Shown here: one piece after another, positions 39,697-48,875 of the stretch
How the letters are laid out: each line of letters begins with the position of its first letter
Numbering within the stretch: position 1 is the first letter of the stretch
Origin: Bacteroidota bacterium
GTDB taxonomy: Bacteria; Bacteroidota; Bacteroidia; Bacteroidales; GCA-2748055
Assembly (NCBI GenBank): GCA_039714775.1
Contig: JBDLIQ010000005.1
Location: 923 to 64,922, forward strand
Direction of reading: 5' to 3'
Length of the DNA stretch: 64,000 nt
Notes under the pieces: generated by a model
What the model saw: only the letters and a program-made list of their open reading frames with translations
Database searches by the model: none
What the model was told of the DNA's origin: nothing
Position numbers and translations under genes: made by a program

Positions 39697-41076
39697 CTAA
39701 ACCGAAGGCGAAGGATGGTTCTTCAGAACTGCGGTAAACTTTTCATACTCCTCCGATGAGAGCTCATAGTTAGTCAGTTCATCATTGAAGAACTTGTTAT
39801 ATCCAACCAGGTCCATCAGACCATGTCCGCTGAAGTTGAAGAGAATCACCTTCTCTTTGCCCTCCTCTTTTGCTTTGTTGGCCTCCCGAATGGCCGATGC
39901 AATGGCATGGGTGGTTTCAGGAGCGGGAATGATCCCTTCGGTGCGGGCAAAGAGGACACCTGCCTCGTAGCACTCAAGCTGATGCAGTGACTGCGGTGTG
40001 GCAAGTCCCTCTTTAACGGCATGACTCACCAGGGGTGCCATTCCATGATAGCGAAGTCCCCCGGCATGGATGGGAGCAGGAACAAAGCTGTGTCCCAGTG
40101 AGTGCATCGCAAGCAGCGGGGTCATCTTGGCAATGTCGCCATGGTCATAAGCGAAAGGAGCCTTTGTCAGCGTGGGACAGCTTGCCGGTTCAACCGGGAT
40201 GATGTCGATCTCTGCCCCGTTGATCTTGTCGAGCATGAACGGGAAACTCAGACCGGCAAAATTACTTCCGCCACCTGCACAACCGATCACCACATCGGGC
40301 AGTTTCTCATTGATCTTCTCCAGCTGCTTCTTAGCCTCCAGTCCAATGATGGTCTGGTGCAGCATCACATGATTCAACACACTCCCAAGGGAGTAGCGGG
40401 TCTCTCCGGTTTCATCTGAAACCGCAGCCTCCACAGCTTCACTGATGGCAATTCCGAGGCTTCCGGGGGTATCGGGAAACTCGGCCAGCACACTGCGTCC
40501 TGCCTGGGTCTCCTGGCTCGGACTGGCCACACAATTGCCACCCCATGCCTCCATCATCATCTTCCGGAACGGTTTCTGGTCAAAACTGACCCTCACCATA
40601 AAAACCTTTACCTCGAGTCCGATCAGGGAACCGGCAAACGAAAGTGCACTCCCCCACTGACCTGCACCGGTCTCGGTGGTCAGTTTTTTAATTCCGAACT
40701 CCTTATTGTAGTATGCCTGCGGAATGGCCGTATTGGGTTTGTGGCTACCCGCCGGGGAGACGCTTTCGTTTTTATAGTAGATCCTGGCCGGGGTACCAAG
40801 CGCTTTCTCCAGCTCATAAGCCCTGACCAGGGGAGCAGGACGCCAGATGGAGAGCAATTCCTGTACCTTCTCCGGAATATCGATCCATCGATCCGTGCTG
40901 ACCTCCTGTTCGATCAGGTTCATTGGAAACACGGGCGCAAGCATCTCGGGTCCGATGGGGTTTCCATCCGGTCCCAGGGGCGGATTGATGCTGCCCGGCA
41001 TATCGGCTGCCAGGTTATACCATTGCTTTGGCATTTCATGCTCATCAAGGTAGATTTTCTTAATTCTGCTCATCAT
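39697..41076 (-). CDS. trpB: TrpB2-type tryptophan synthase beta-like PLP enzyme (stand-alone)
   Basis: [16 protein letters not shown]-lysine context [13 protein letters not shown], and [12 protein letters not shown] prefer the start at MMSRIKK (41076). Confidence 0.85.
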   Translation of the reverse strand: MMSRIKKIYLDEHEMPKQWYNLAADMPGSINPPLGPDGNPIGPEMLAPVFPMNLIEQEVSTDRWIDIPEKVQELLSIWRPAPLVRAYELEKALGTPARIYYKNESVSPAGSHKPNTAIPQAYYNKEFGIKKLTTETGAGQWGSALSFAGSLIGLEVKVFMVRVSFDQKPFRKMMMEAWGGNCVASPSQETQAGRSVLAEFPDTPGSLGIAISEAVEAAVSDETGETRYSLGSVLNHVMLHQTIIGLEAKKQLEKINEKLPDVVIGCAGGGSNFAGLSFPFMLDKINGAEIDIIPVEPASCPTLTKAPFAYDHGDIAKMTPLLAMHSLGHSFVPAPIHAGGLRYHGMAPLVSHAVKEGLATPQSLHQLECYEAGVLFARTEGIIPAPETTHAIASAIREANKAKEEGKEKVILFNFSGHGLMDLVGYNKFFNDELTNYELSSEEYEKFTAVLKNHPSPSV

Positions 41077-41112
41077 TGCTTTGTTTAAGTTTATTAATGG
41101 TCGTTTCGTGTC

Positions 41113-41148
41113 AAAAAAAAACGGGACTGCTATATTTAACATGCCCCG
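41113..41148 (-). terminator. Attenuator terminator in the trpB2 leader
   Basis: Minus-strand stem CGGGGC, 15-nt loop, stem GTCCCG (one G-U pair), followed by nine T. It ends 37 nt before the trpB2 start. Confidence 0.65.
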
Positions 41149-41172
41149 CTGGAATTTTTTATGATGATATCC

Positions 41173-41259
41173 TTACAATCCGTTCATAGCCCACGAAGCA
41201 CTCCTGTTCAGGTGCCACCAGTGCCATCGCCAGCCATTGTTATCGGAGTAATGATTCAT
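41173..41259 (-). promoter_or_regulatory. Trp-rich leader peptide ORF (28 codons, 5 Trp) of a transcription-attenuation leader
   Basis: Hand translation gives MNHYSDNNGWRWHWWHLNRSASWAMNGL. Its stop is 25 nt before the attenuator hairpin. The architecture resembles the Rfam Bacteroid-trp leader class. Confidence 0.65.
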
Positions 41260-41405
41260 TCGAAAGTATCTCTTGTGATAATAAGTAATTATTGTAAAGG
41301 AGGTTTCATAATGTACGATTCTGTTTCGAAAGTAGGTAATATTTCTATATATCCTAACCAGAGCAGGGCTTTTTTTAACGAAATAGCATTTATCGATACA
41401 AAAAA

Positions 41406-42233
41406 CTAATAAACCGGGTTTTTCCATGGTTCGGCTGGTGCATATTTACTGGCGGAGGCCCATTGGATACCCCGTTTCATGATCTCCAGCGCCTCGGGAA
41501 CTTCAAAATCCTTCATCACGTGGCCCAGTGAAGTGTAGAAAACCCGACCCTTTCCGTACATCTTTTTCCATACCACAGGCATGGTACACCCCCCGATCCA
41601 GTCGGCATGGCCGGCATTAAAGGTGGTGGTGGCCAGCACCTTCATATTTGGATCCACATGCATGTAATACTGCTCGCTGTGCATTTCAAACTCCCCCATT
41701 CCCCTGGTTATTGGATCCTCCTGGGATGATACCTGCACTGTATAATCGATGATTCCACCCGGATGGGCTACCCACTGTCCGCCGGTCATAAACTGGTAGG
41801 CCACATTCTGCCTGAATGCATCACACAGCCCTCCATGCCATCCGGCAATGCCAGTACCGTTTTTCACTGCAGTCAGCAAACCAGCTTCCTGCTCATTGGT
41901 AATCGTTGCCATGGTAAAGATCTGGATCACCAGGTCGATTCCCTGCATGTAGAGGGGATCAGCGTAAGGATCAAGGGTGTCGTAAACATCCACCACAGCC
42001 CCTTCACCCTCGAGCCATGGTTTGAACAGTTCAACAGACTGCACCGGTTCATGTCCATCCCATCCTCCGTGGGTATAGAGGATCTTCCTGCCTTTGAGTG
42101 ATGGCAGGCCGCTTAAGTTGACAGGTTTGATTGAGCTGTTTGGTTTGTGCGGTTCATTGGCTCTGAGTCCCAATGCGGCACCTCCGGTTATGGCGGCTGA
42201 ACTGGCAATAAATTTTCTGCGGCTATATTTCAT
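41406..42233 (-). CDS. ThuA domain protein with a Tat signal
   Basis: Twin-arginine signal MKYSRRKFIASSAAITGGAALG. GWDGHEP...GWHGG...VFYTSLGHV is typical of ThuA-like proteins. Confidence 0.75.
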   Translation of the reverse strand: MKYSRRKFIASSAAITGGAALGLRANEPHKPNSSIKPVNLSGLPSLKGRKILYTHGGWDGHEPVQSVELFKPWLEGEGAVVDVYDTLDPYADPLYMQGIDLVIQIFTMATITNEQEAGLLTAVKNGTGIAGWHGGLCDAFRQNVAYQFMTGGQWVAHPGGIIDYTVQVSSQEDPITRGMGEFEMHSEQYYMHVDPNMKVLATTTFNAGHADWIGGCTMPVVWKKMYGKGRVFYTSLGHVMKDFEVPEALEIMKRGIQWASASKYAPAEPWKNPVY

Positions 42234-42277
42234 GAGGTGTAGTTTGCAGTAAAAATAGCAGGAAAGCCCTTATAAGC

Positions 42278-42306
42278 AAAAAAAAACCCCTCGCCGGAGC
42301 GAGGGG
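42278..42306 (-). terminator. Rho-independent terminator of the cold-shock gene
   Basis: Minus-strand stem CCCCTCGC, loop TCCG, stem GCGAGGGG, followed by nine T. Confidence 0.8.
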
Positions 42307-42335
42307 TTTAGGTTAAGACGGAATGATCAGGTCAA

Positions 42336-42527
42336 CTATATAAGTTTGACACTCACTGCATTTAATCCTTTGCGTCCTTCTGTAAGCTCAAAAGTTACAT
42401 CGTCATCTTCCTTGATCTTGTCGATCAGGCCGGAAACGTGGACAAAATACTCTTCGTCAGATTCGACGTCTTTAATAAATCCGTATCCTTTGGATTCATT
42501 GAAAAATTTTACTTTACCTTCTTTCAT
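42336..42527 (-). CDS. Cold-shock protein (CspA family)
   Basis: MKEGKVKFFNESKGYGFIKD...FVHVSGL, carrying the RNP1 and RNP2 motifs. Confidence 0.95.
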   Translation of the reverse strand: MKEGKVKFFNESKGYGFIKDVESDEEYFVHVSGLIDKIKEDDDVTFELTEGRKGLNAVSVKLI

Positions 42528-42554
42528 TGTATGAATTGATAATTAATAAGGGTA

Positions 42555-42586
42555 CAAAAGTAATATATTTAATTCCAAAGCACAAA
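42555..42586 (-). promoter_or_regulatory. Candidate Bacteroidota promoter of the cold-shock gene
   Basis: On the minus strand, TTTG (42583-42586), a 20-nt spacer, then TACTTTTG (42555-42562), which is an exact TAnnTTTG match. Confidence 0.45.
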
Positions 42587-42606
42587 AGTTTAATAACAAT
42601 TCACTT

Positions 42607-43263
42607 TCATCGAGGAATTACATAGAATAGTACGGCGATAAAGTGAAAGAAACTCCCTACCATCACGAGCAGGTGCCATACCAGGTGGTGGTATGGGAAT
42701 TTTATGATCTTAAAGAAGATGATCCCCAGGGTATAGCTCACCCCCCCAAGCAGGATGAACAGCCATCCCATAGCCGGTAAGCTATCTATAAGCGGTACAA
42801 TGACGATGAGAATGAGCCATCCCATAACCGCATAGGAGATTACATAGAAGGTGTTAACACCCGTGTTGAAATCCCCGGGTTTAAAAAGGATCAGCAGGGT
42901 TCCTGTCAGTGCGATTCCCCATTCCACGCCAAACATGATCCATCCGGTAGTACCACCCACTGCCATCAGTGTAAGGGGTGTATAGGTGCCAGCAATGAGA
43001 AAATAGATGGCAATCCTGTCAAAATTAAAGAAGCGGTCCTTGGCCCTGCCTGCAGGTAAAATGTGGGTCATGGTGGATGAGAAGTAGAGAATAATCATCG
43101 TTGCTCCGAAAATTGATGTGGTGACGAGGTGCCAGGCGTTGCCATAAAGTAAAGAGTAGTGTATCATCAATGCCAGACCGGCGACAGACAACAGTGCACC
43201 AGAGAGGTGGGATATGGCATTTGCCCGCTCCTCTGCTTTTGTAAATTTCTTACTAATTTCCAT
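42607..43263 (-). CDS. Hemolysin III / PAQR family membrane protein
   Basis: Seven TM segments. EERANAISHLSGALLS, HILP and the HH..W motif are typical of the HlyIII family. Confidence 0.85.
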   Translation of the reverse strand: MEISKKFTKAEERANAISHLSGALLSVAGLALMIHYSLLYGNAWHLVTTSIFGATMIILYFSSTMTHILPAGRAKDRFFNFDRIAIYFLIAGTYTPLTLMAVGGTTGWIMFGVEWGIALTGTLLILFKPGDFNTGVNTFYVISYAVMGWLILIVIVPLIDSLPAMGWLFILLGGVSYTLGIIFFKIIKFPYHHLVWHLLVMVGSFFHFIAVLFYVIPR

Positions 43264-43394
43264 TTATTGATTTTTGGGTAAAAATAACAGCTTCCCGGAA
43301 ACAAACAGAATCGGGCAATCCCCCTATGTCCCTATTCATCCCAAAATAAGTATATTTGCCACAGCCCGTAGCAATAAAGAGAATTTATAATCCC

Positions 43395-45443
43395 ATGAAG
43401 AGGATTCTACTGATCACTATTTCCCTCTATCTTGCATGCAATATCGTTGCTGCACAGGACTCCGGGACCGACAGCCTGCTGCTCAAAAGCAGGAAGTCGG
43501 CAGGAAGCAACCTGGCCATGACCTATTATAAACAGGCCAACGAGTTACTGCACTCATTCCCTGACAGCGCGCTCTATTATGCCAACAGGGCAGAGATCAT
43601 TCTTCAGAAGGGTGATCCGGACAACCTGTTACCCCATGTCTATAAGAGCAAGGGTATGATCTACCAGAAAAAGCTGGTTACCGATCGAAGTCTGCTCTAT
43701 TATCGCAAGGCGTATGATGCGTTTATCAAATTGTCAGAAACCCATGAAGTTGGAGAGTGTGCCCTTAGGATGGGGAACATCTATTATGATGTGGCCAACT
43801 TCAGCGACGCCTATTTCTTTTACATGCAAAGTCTGAATGCATATGAAAAATCGGGCGATCAGCTGGGTATTGCCAGGATGCAGAATAACCTTGGGATCGT
43901 GGCCCACGACATGGGGAAATTGTCAGAAGCGGAGAGACACTATATGAATGCCCGTGAGATCTACAGGGAGATTGGATTGGCTGTCGAGGAGAGCGGAGCT
44001 TTGAGCAATATTGGTCTGATTTTCTACGACAAAGAGCAGTACGATTCTGCCCTGCTCTATTTTGACGAGGTGATGGAGCGGATCCATCCAGACTCAGTCG
44101 ATTCTTCAGTTGAGCGCTACATATTGTCGGGGGTATATAACAATACTGCTTTGGCTTACAGTCAGATGGATGAACATCAAAAGGCACTTGTTTTTTACAG
44201 AAGGGGAATCAAACTGGCGATACAGGGTGATGATATATACAACCTGGGTACGGCATACACCAACCTGGGCTCACTGTATGGTGAGCTCAGAGAGAAGGAT
44301 TCAGCACTATTCTACCTGCATCGTTCCCTGAAGATTGCCCAGGACAGGGGATTCAGACACCTGGAGCTGGATGCCTATGAGGAGCTGTCCAAACTGCATG
44401 CAAGGAGTGGAAGTTACGCATCTGCATATAACTGGCTTCTCAGATACGATACGGTTTACAAGGATCTGTTTAATGAGAACCAGTCTGAGCAGATTGCCCG
44501 GTTAAGGACCCGGTATGAGCAGGAGCTTAAAGATCGCGAAATTGAGCAGCTTCATTCCGAGTCACAGGTACAGCGCATGTTGAATAAGGTGTTTATCGTA
44601 TTCATTGTAGTCATCATCATCCTGGTGATCATTATCACGGTGAATCTTCGTTCAAAGAAGCAGGCCAACAGGATGCTTGCTGAGCGTAATCTTCAGATAT
44701 CAAGTGCTGTCGGTAAGCTAAGTGAATCGGAAAAGGAGCTTCAGAGATTGAATAAGTCCAAAGACAGGATATTCACCGTGGTGGCCCATGACCTGCGTAA
44801 CCCTGTATCTGCAGTTGCCGGTTTTTCGGAATTGCTTTATGAGAATTTTGAGCAATTCCCGGTGGAGACCCAGAAGGAGTACATGTTGCAGATTGTTCAT
44901 GGAACACAGCGGATCCAGAATCTTCTTGAGAACCTGCTGATTTGGGCCAGGTCGCAGATGAAAGCGATCAAATTCAATCCGGAATCACTTCTTATTAAAG
45001 ATCTGCTGGATGCCTGCGCGAAGGAGCTGACAGTGAACCTGGATCATAAAAAGGTCACATGCCAGATAAATGCCACCCCGGCCTGTACAGTCTTTGCAGA
45101 CAGGGCTATGATTAATACGGTACTCCGCAACCTGGTAATGAATGCCATTAAGTTCAGTTTTCCCGGTGGAAAAATATGGATCACTTCGCATATAGAAGAG
45201 AACATGTGCCACATCTCAGTTACCGATGAAGGAATTGGCATTCAGCCTGAAATCCAGGAGAGGTTATTTGATGCAAATGAGGTGGTCTCCTCACCCGGAA
45301 CTACAGGTGAATCGGGATCTGGTCTTGGACTGGTTATCTGTAAGGAGTTCATGGAGCGAAACCAGGGGGAGATACGGGTTGAGAGTGAACCGGGGAACGG
45401 CTCCTCCTTTATTGTTTCGCTTCCTTTGTCAGCTCCGGAATAG
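43395..45443 (+). CDS. TPR-repeat sensor histidine kinase
   Basis: Signal/anchor, then multiple TPR units, one TM segment, a coiled coil, the HisKA H-box VVAHDLRNPVSAV, and an HATPase with N, G1 and G2 boxes. I prefer the start MKRILL (43395). Confidence 0.88.
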   Translation: MKRILLITISLYLACNIVAAQDSGTDSLLLKSRKSAGSNLAMTYYKQANELLHSFPDSALYYANRAEIILQKGDPDNLLPHVYKSKGMIYQKKLVTDRSLLYYRKAYDAFIKLSETHEVGECALRMGNIYYDVANFSDAYFFYMQSLNAYEKSGDQLGIARMQNNLGIVAHDMGKLSEAERHYMNAREIYREIGLAVEESGALSNIGLIFYDKEQYDSALLYFDEVMERIHPDSVDSSVERYILSGVYNNTALAYSQMDEHQKALVFYRRGIKLAIQGDDIYNLGTAYTNLGSLYGELREKDSALFYLHRSLKIAQDRGFRHLELDAYEELSKLHARSGSYASAYNWLLRYDTVYKDLFNENQSEQIARLRTRYEQELKDREIEQLHSESQVQRMLNKVFIVFIVVIIILVIIITVNLRSKKQANRMLAERNLQISSAVGKLSESEKELQRLNKSKDRIFTVVAHDLRNPVSAVAGFSELLYENFEQFPVETQKEYMLQIVHGTQRIQNLLENLLIWARSQMKAIKFNPESLLIKDLLDACAKELTVNLDHKKVTCQINATPACTVFADRAMINTVLRNLVMNAIKFSFPGGKIWITSHIEENMCHISVTDEGIGIQPEIQERLFDANEVVSSPGTTGESGSGLGLVICKEFMERNQGEIRVESEPGNGSSFIVSLPLSAPE

Positions 45444-45496
45444 TCTTTGCAAGAACCGAGTTTTTAAGAGCTCAGCGAAGCTAAAACGCTAAATAT
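45441..45496 (+). repeat. Dispersed intergenic repeat, copy B1 (begins at the kinase TAG stop)
   Basis: Near-identical to copy A (8699-8754). Confidence 0.8.
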
Positions 45497-45547
45497 TTCG
45501 TTACTCTCGTATTGAAAACAGTCATTTACTCATGTCAAAATTGAATT

Positions 45548-45597
45548 AAATTGTACTCGTGAGCTCCGTTTCACTACGGTTCTTATCAAAGACTGAG
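45548..45597 (-). repeat. Dispersed intergenic repeat, copy B2 (inverted relative to B1)
   Basis: The minus strand reads cagtctttgataagaaccgtagtgaaacggagctcacgagtac. It shares the agtctttg..aagaaccg..gagctca.cga skeleton. Confidence 0.6.
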
Positions 45598-45602
45598 GTT
45601 AA

Positions 45603-45640
45603 TGTTCGTTGAGTTCGCAATTTCGGTTCTTGAAGGCACT
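45603..45640 (-). repeat. Dispersed intergenic repeat, copy B3 (degenerate)
   Basis: The minus strand reads ccttcaagaaccgaaattgcgaactcaacgaaca, which has the same skeleton. Confidence 0.5.
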
Positions 45641-45648
45641 AAATAGCG

Positions 45649-46290
45649 CTATTTTAGAAAATCCTTAAAAACCTTCTCAAACTTCTCGACTTTTGGCCGG
45701 ATCACCACCTGGCAATAGCCCTGGTCAGGGTTGTTGTCGAAATACTCCTGGTGGCTCTCCTCGGCCACGAAAAAAAGACGGAAGGGCTCAATGGTTGTGA
45801 CGATTGGGGCGCTCCATATCCCTGCCTGGTCCAGTTTTCTGACAACATCTTCAGCTTGCTGCCGCTGATCATCATTGTGATACAGAACAAGGGAACGGTA
45901 CTGGGTTCCCACATCAGCACCCTGCCGGTTTCGTGTTGTTGGATCGTGGGTTTCAAAGAACACCTTCAGCAGATCGTTATAACCGATCAGGGTTGGATGA
46001 AATGTAATCTGTACCACCTCGGCATGCCCTGTCGCACCTGAGGTTACCTCTTTGTAGGTGGGGTTCTCAACATCTCCGCCGGCATAGCCCGATTCAACTG
46101 ACACCACCCCCCTCAGCCGTTCAAAGATAGCCTCCATACACCAGAAACAGCCTCCCCCGAAGGTGGCAAGTTCCGAGGATCCGGGTGTTCTGTTTTTCTC
46201 AGTCTGACTCATTGCATTGGACGATATTAAGACAACCACAAATATATACAATATGCTCCTACTCATCGATAGCCTGATATTCCGCTTCAT
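45649..46290 (-). CDS. msrA: Peptide-methionine (S)-S-oxide reductase MsrA, with an N-terminal signal/anchor
   Basis: Active site GGGCFWCMEAIF, plus GHAEVVQITF and YHQEYF-type motifs. Confidence 0.93.
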   Translation of the reverse strand: MKRNIRLSMSRSILYIFVVVLISSNAMSQTEKNRTPGSSELATFGGGCFWCMEAIFERLRGVVSVESGYAGGDVENPTYKEVTSGATGHAEVVQITFHPTLIGYNDLLKVFFETHDPTTRNRQGADVGTQYRSLVLYHNDDQRQQAEDVVRKLDQAGIWSAPIVTTIEPFRLFFVAEESHQEYFDNNPDQGYCQVVIRPKVEKFEKVFKDFLK

Positions 46291-46363
46291 TTCATGTTAA
46301 CGGAGGAGGGCGAAAATTGTTTGAGATTGGCTTTAAAAAGAATTCGTTGTAACTTGAACATAT

Positions 46364-47383
46364 ATGTTCCCGGCCAGCTTCTATACAGAAAACAGGGATC
46401 ACCAGGTGCAGTGCACCTTATGTCCTCACCTTTGCCTGCTTCAACAGGGTGAGACAGGAATATGTAAAACCAGGGTGAACAGGGCGGGCAAGTTGTATAC
46501 CCGGAGTTACGGGGTCCTCTCGGCCATTGCCACAGATCCTGTGGAGAAGAAACCACTGTATCATTTTCTACCAGGCAGACCCATCCTCTCCATTGGTAGC
46601 TTTGGCTGCAATTTCATGTGTGATTTTTGCCAGAACTGCAACATCTCCCAGCCTGATGAGGAGGTCTTCTCCATATATCCGGTCAGAGAACCGGCCGATA
46701 TAGTGGCAAAAGCGATGCTTCATAAGGAGAGCATAGGGCTCGCCTATACTTACAATGAGCCAACTGTCTATTTTGAGTATGTGATGGATTGTGCCCAAAG
46801 GCTCAGAAAACTCCAGTTAAAGAATGTGATGGTAACCAATGGTTACATCAACCGAAAACCACTTGAAGCGCTGTTGCCCTATATGGATGCTTTCAACATT
46901 GACCTGAAATCCTTCACAAACGGTTTTTATAAGGAGCGTGCCTCGGCATCGCTGAATCCGGTACTGGATACCATCGCCAGGGTGGCCAACTCGGAGAGTC
47001 ACCTCGAGCTGACCTTCCTGATCATACCGGGATACAATGACAACCCATCTGAATGGAAAGAGATGATCGGGTGGATTGAGACCCATTGCGGACCGGATAC
47101 GATTTTGCATGTAAGCAGATACTTTCCCCGCCATAAACTGAGGAGTTTTCCCACCACTACCGATACCATGAACCGGTTTATCAAAGCTGCAAGGGAGAAG
47201 ATCCGGTATGTATATCCCGGAAACAACCCGGAAATTGAGAACCATACATATTGTCCAGGATGTGGTAAGCTGCTCATCCAAAGGGAGATGTACAATACCA
47301 CCATCAACGGATTGACTCCTGAAGGAGATTGCAGCCATTGTAATTACAGAGTTAAAGGCGTATTTAAACCGTTGGCATCATGA
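46364..47383 (+). CDS. amrS: AmmeMemoRadiSam system radical SAM enzyme
   Basis: N-terminal Cys cluster VQCTLCPHLC...GICKTR, radical-SAM motif CNFMCDFCQN, and a C-terminal CPGCG...CSHC cluster. It is followed by Memo-like and AMMECR1 genes. Confidence 0.85.
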   Translation: MFPASFYTENRDHQVQCTLCPHLCLLQQGETGICKTRVNRAGKLYTRSYGVLSAIATDPVEKKPLYHFLPGRPILSIGSFGCNFMCDFCQNCNISQPDEEVFSIYPVREPADIVAKAMLHKESIGLAYTYNEPTVYFEYVMDCAQRLRKLQLKNVMVTNGYINRKPLEALLPYMDAFNIDLKSFTNGFYKERASASLNPVLDTIARVANSESHLELTFLIIPGYNDNPSEWKEMIGWIETHCGPDTILHVSRYFPRHKLRSFPTTTDTMNRFIKAAREKIRYVYPGNNPEIENHTYCPGCGKLLIQREMYNTTINGLTPEGDCSHCNYRVKGVFKPLAS

Positions 47384-48210
47384 AAACCAGGCATGCAGCA
47401 GTGGAGGGAAGGTTTTACCCTTCAACGAAAAAGAAGATCTTTGATCAAATCAGGTCCATTGAGGAGGCCGGCAGATATCCTGATGTTCAAATCCGTCCCC
47501 ACAAGGTGTTTGGTGCAGTGGTACCCCATGCCGGACATCTCTATTCCGGTCACCAGACCGTCCCATTTTTCCAACTCCTCAGGAAGCTGGAGAGAAAACC
47601 GGAGACCTTTGTAATCGTCCATCCCAACCATACAGGCTGCGGGCTTCCTGTGGCCATCGATGATTCGGATGTGTGGGTCAACTCCATTGGGGAGGTCCCC
47701 CTGGACAGGGATTTTGCCGAAGCCATGCATCTTCCTTTTGACAGAAGGACCCATTCCAATGAGCACTCGGCAGAGGTGATCATTCCCTTCACCCAGTACT
47801 ATTTTATCGACCAGCCATTTTCCATTGTTCCGGTCTGCATGGGGGAGCAGGGCCATGTGGTGGCAAAGACAATAGCTGACAGCATATTGGATGCCATAAA
47901 GCAGACAGGAAGAGATATCATGTTGCTGGCTTCCTGTGATTTTTCTCATTTCCTTCCACCTGACCTGGCCATGGAGAAGGACCAGTTCGTACTTGATGCA
48001 ATTCTTTCCAGGGACACTATTGGGGTTGAGACTGCAGTTAAAGAGCAACAGGTTTCGGTATGCGGTTATGGCCCGATCATGACCCTGATGCACTATTCAG
48101 CCTCCCTGGATCCTGACTACAACCTATCCATCCTTGCCAGGGGCAGCTCCGGAGATGTATCCCAATCACCGGAAGTGGTCGACTACATCTCAATGATCAT
48201 GTACCAATGA
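47380..48210 (+). CDS. amrB: AmmeMemoRadiSam system protein B (Memo-like)
   Basis: AAVEGRFYP, VVPHAGHLYSG and EHSAEV motifs typical of Memo/MEMO1. There is a 4-nt ATGA overlap with amrS. Confidence 0.85.
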   Translation: MKTRHAAVEGRFYPSTKKKIFDQIRSIEEAGRYPDVQIRPHKVFGAVVPHAGHLYSGHQTVPFFQLLRKLERKPETFVIVHPNHTGCGLPVAIDDSDVWVNSIGEVPLDRDFAEAMHLPFDRRTHSNEHSAEVIIPFTQYYFIDQPFSIVPVCMGEQGHVVAKTIADSILDAIKQTGRDIMLLASCDFSHFLPPDLAMEKDQFVLDAILSRDTIGVETAVKEQQVSVCGYGPIMTLMHYSASLDPDYNLSILARGSSGDVSQSPEVVDYISMIMYQ

Positions 48211-48770
48211 GACTTTCCATAGCGGATAAAGCACTGTTGCTCAGCATTGCCCGTCAACGAATTGGTGACTATTTTTCAACCGGCAAAAGCCTGAAAAAGC
48301 CTGAAAAAGCTGTTCCTGAAACCTTGCAGATCCATTGTGGCGCATTTGTAAGTCTCTATATCGGCGGTCATCTGAGAGGATGTATCGGTACCTTTTCTGA
48401 AAATGAAATGTTGGTTACCAACGTACGGAACATGGCCCTCTCCGCCGCCACAACAGATACCAGGTTCGCCCCCATCAATGCTACAGAGTTAGAGGAGCTG
48501 AAGATTGAGATCAGTGTTCTCTCCCCCAGAAAAAAAGTTTCAGGGCCGGAAGAGATTATTGTGGGAAAACATGGAATCTATATCAAGTCAGGCGAAAACC
48601 GGGGCACCCTCCTGCCCCAGGTTGCTGTCACGCAGAACTGGAGCGTGGAGCAGTTCCTTGGCAATTGCTCGAAATATAAAGCCGGATTGGATTGGGACGG
48701 ATGGCGGTATGCAGACCTTTTTACCTATGAGGCCATTGTATTTAGCTCTGAAGAGATCAGAGCAGGTTAA
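48207..48770 (+). CDS. amrA: AmmeMemoRadiSam system protein A (AMMECR1 domain)
   Basis: AMMECR1 signature CGAFVSLYIGGHLRGCIGTF and GIYIKSGENRGTLLPQV. There is a 4-nt ATGA overlap with amrB. Confidence 0.88.
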   Translation: MRLSIADKALLLSIARQRIGDYFSTGKSLKKPEKAVPETLQIHCGAFVSLYIGGHLRGCIGTFSENEMLVTNVRNMALSAATTDTRFAPINATELEELKIEISVLSPRKKVSGPEEIIVGKHGIYIKSGENRGTLLPQVAVTQNWSVEQFLGNCSKYKAGLDWDGWRYADLFTYEAIVFSSEEIRAG

Positions 48771-48875
48771 GAAAGTTTGGTATTCTAATTATATACTCTA
48801 TATTTGCTTCCATCAGATTCTGAACTGACTAACACAAAATAGTCACTAATCCTAAAACTGAATCTAAGACTGAGG

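Noticed and set aside
41173-41427. 84-aa minus-strand ORF (and the 82-aa plus-strand ORF at 41161-41409) between trpB2 and the ThuA gene.
   Set aside because: Only the last 28 codons, from ATG 41259, make sense, as a Trp-rich leader peptide followed by an attenuator. The upstream part is AT-rich spacer with implausible protein sequence.
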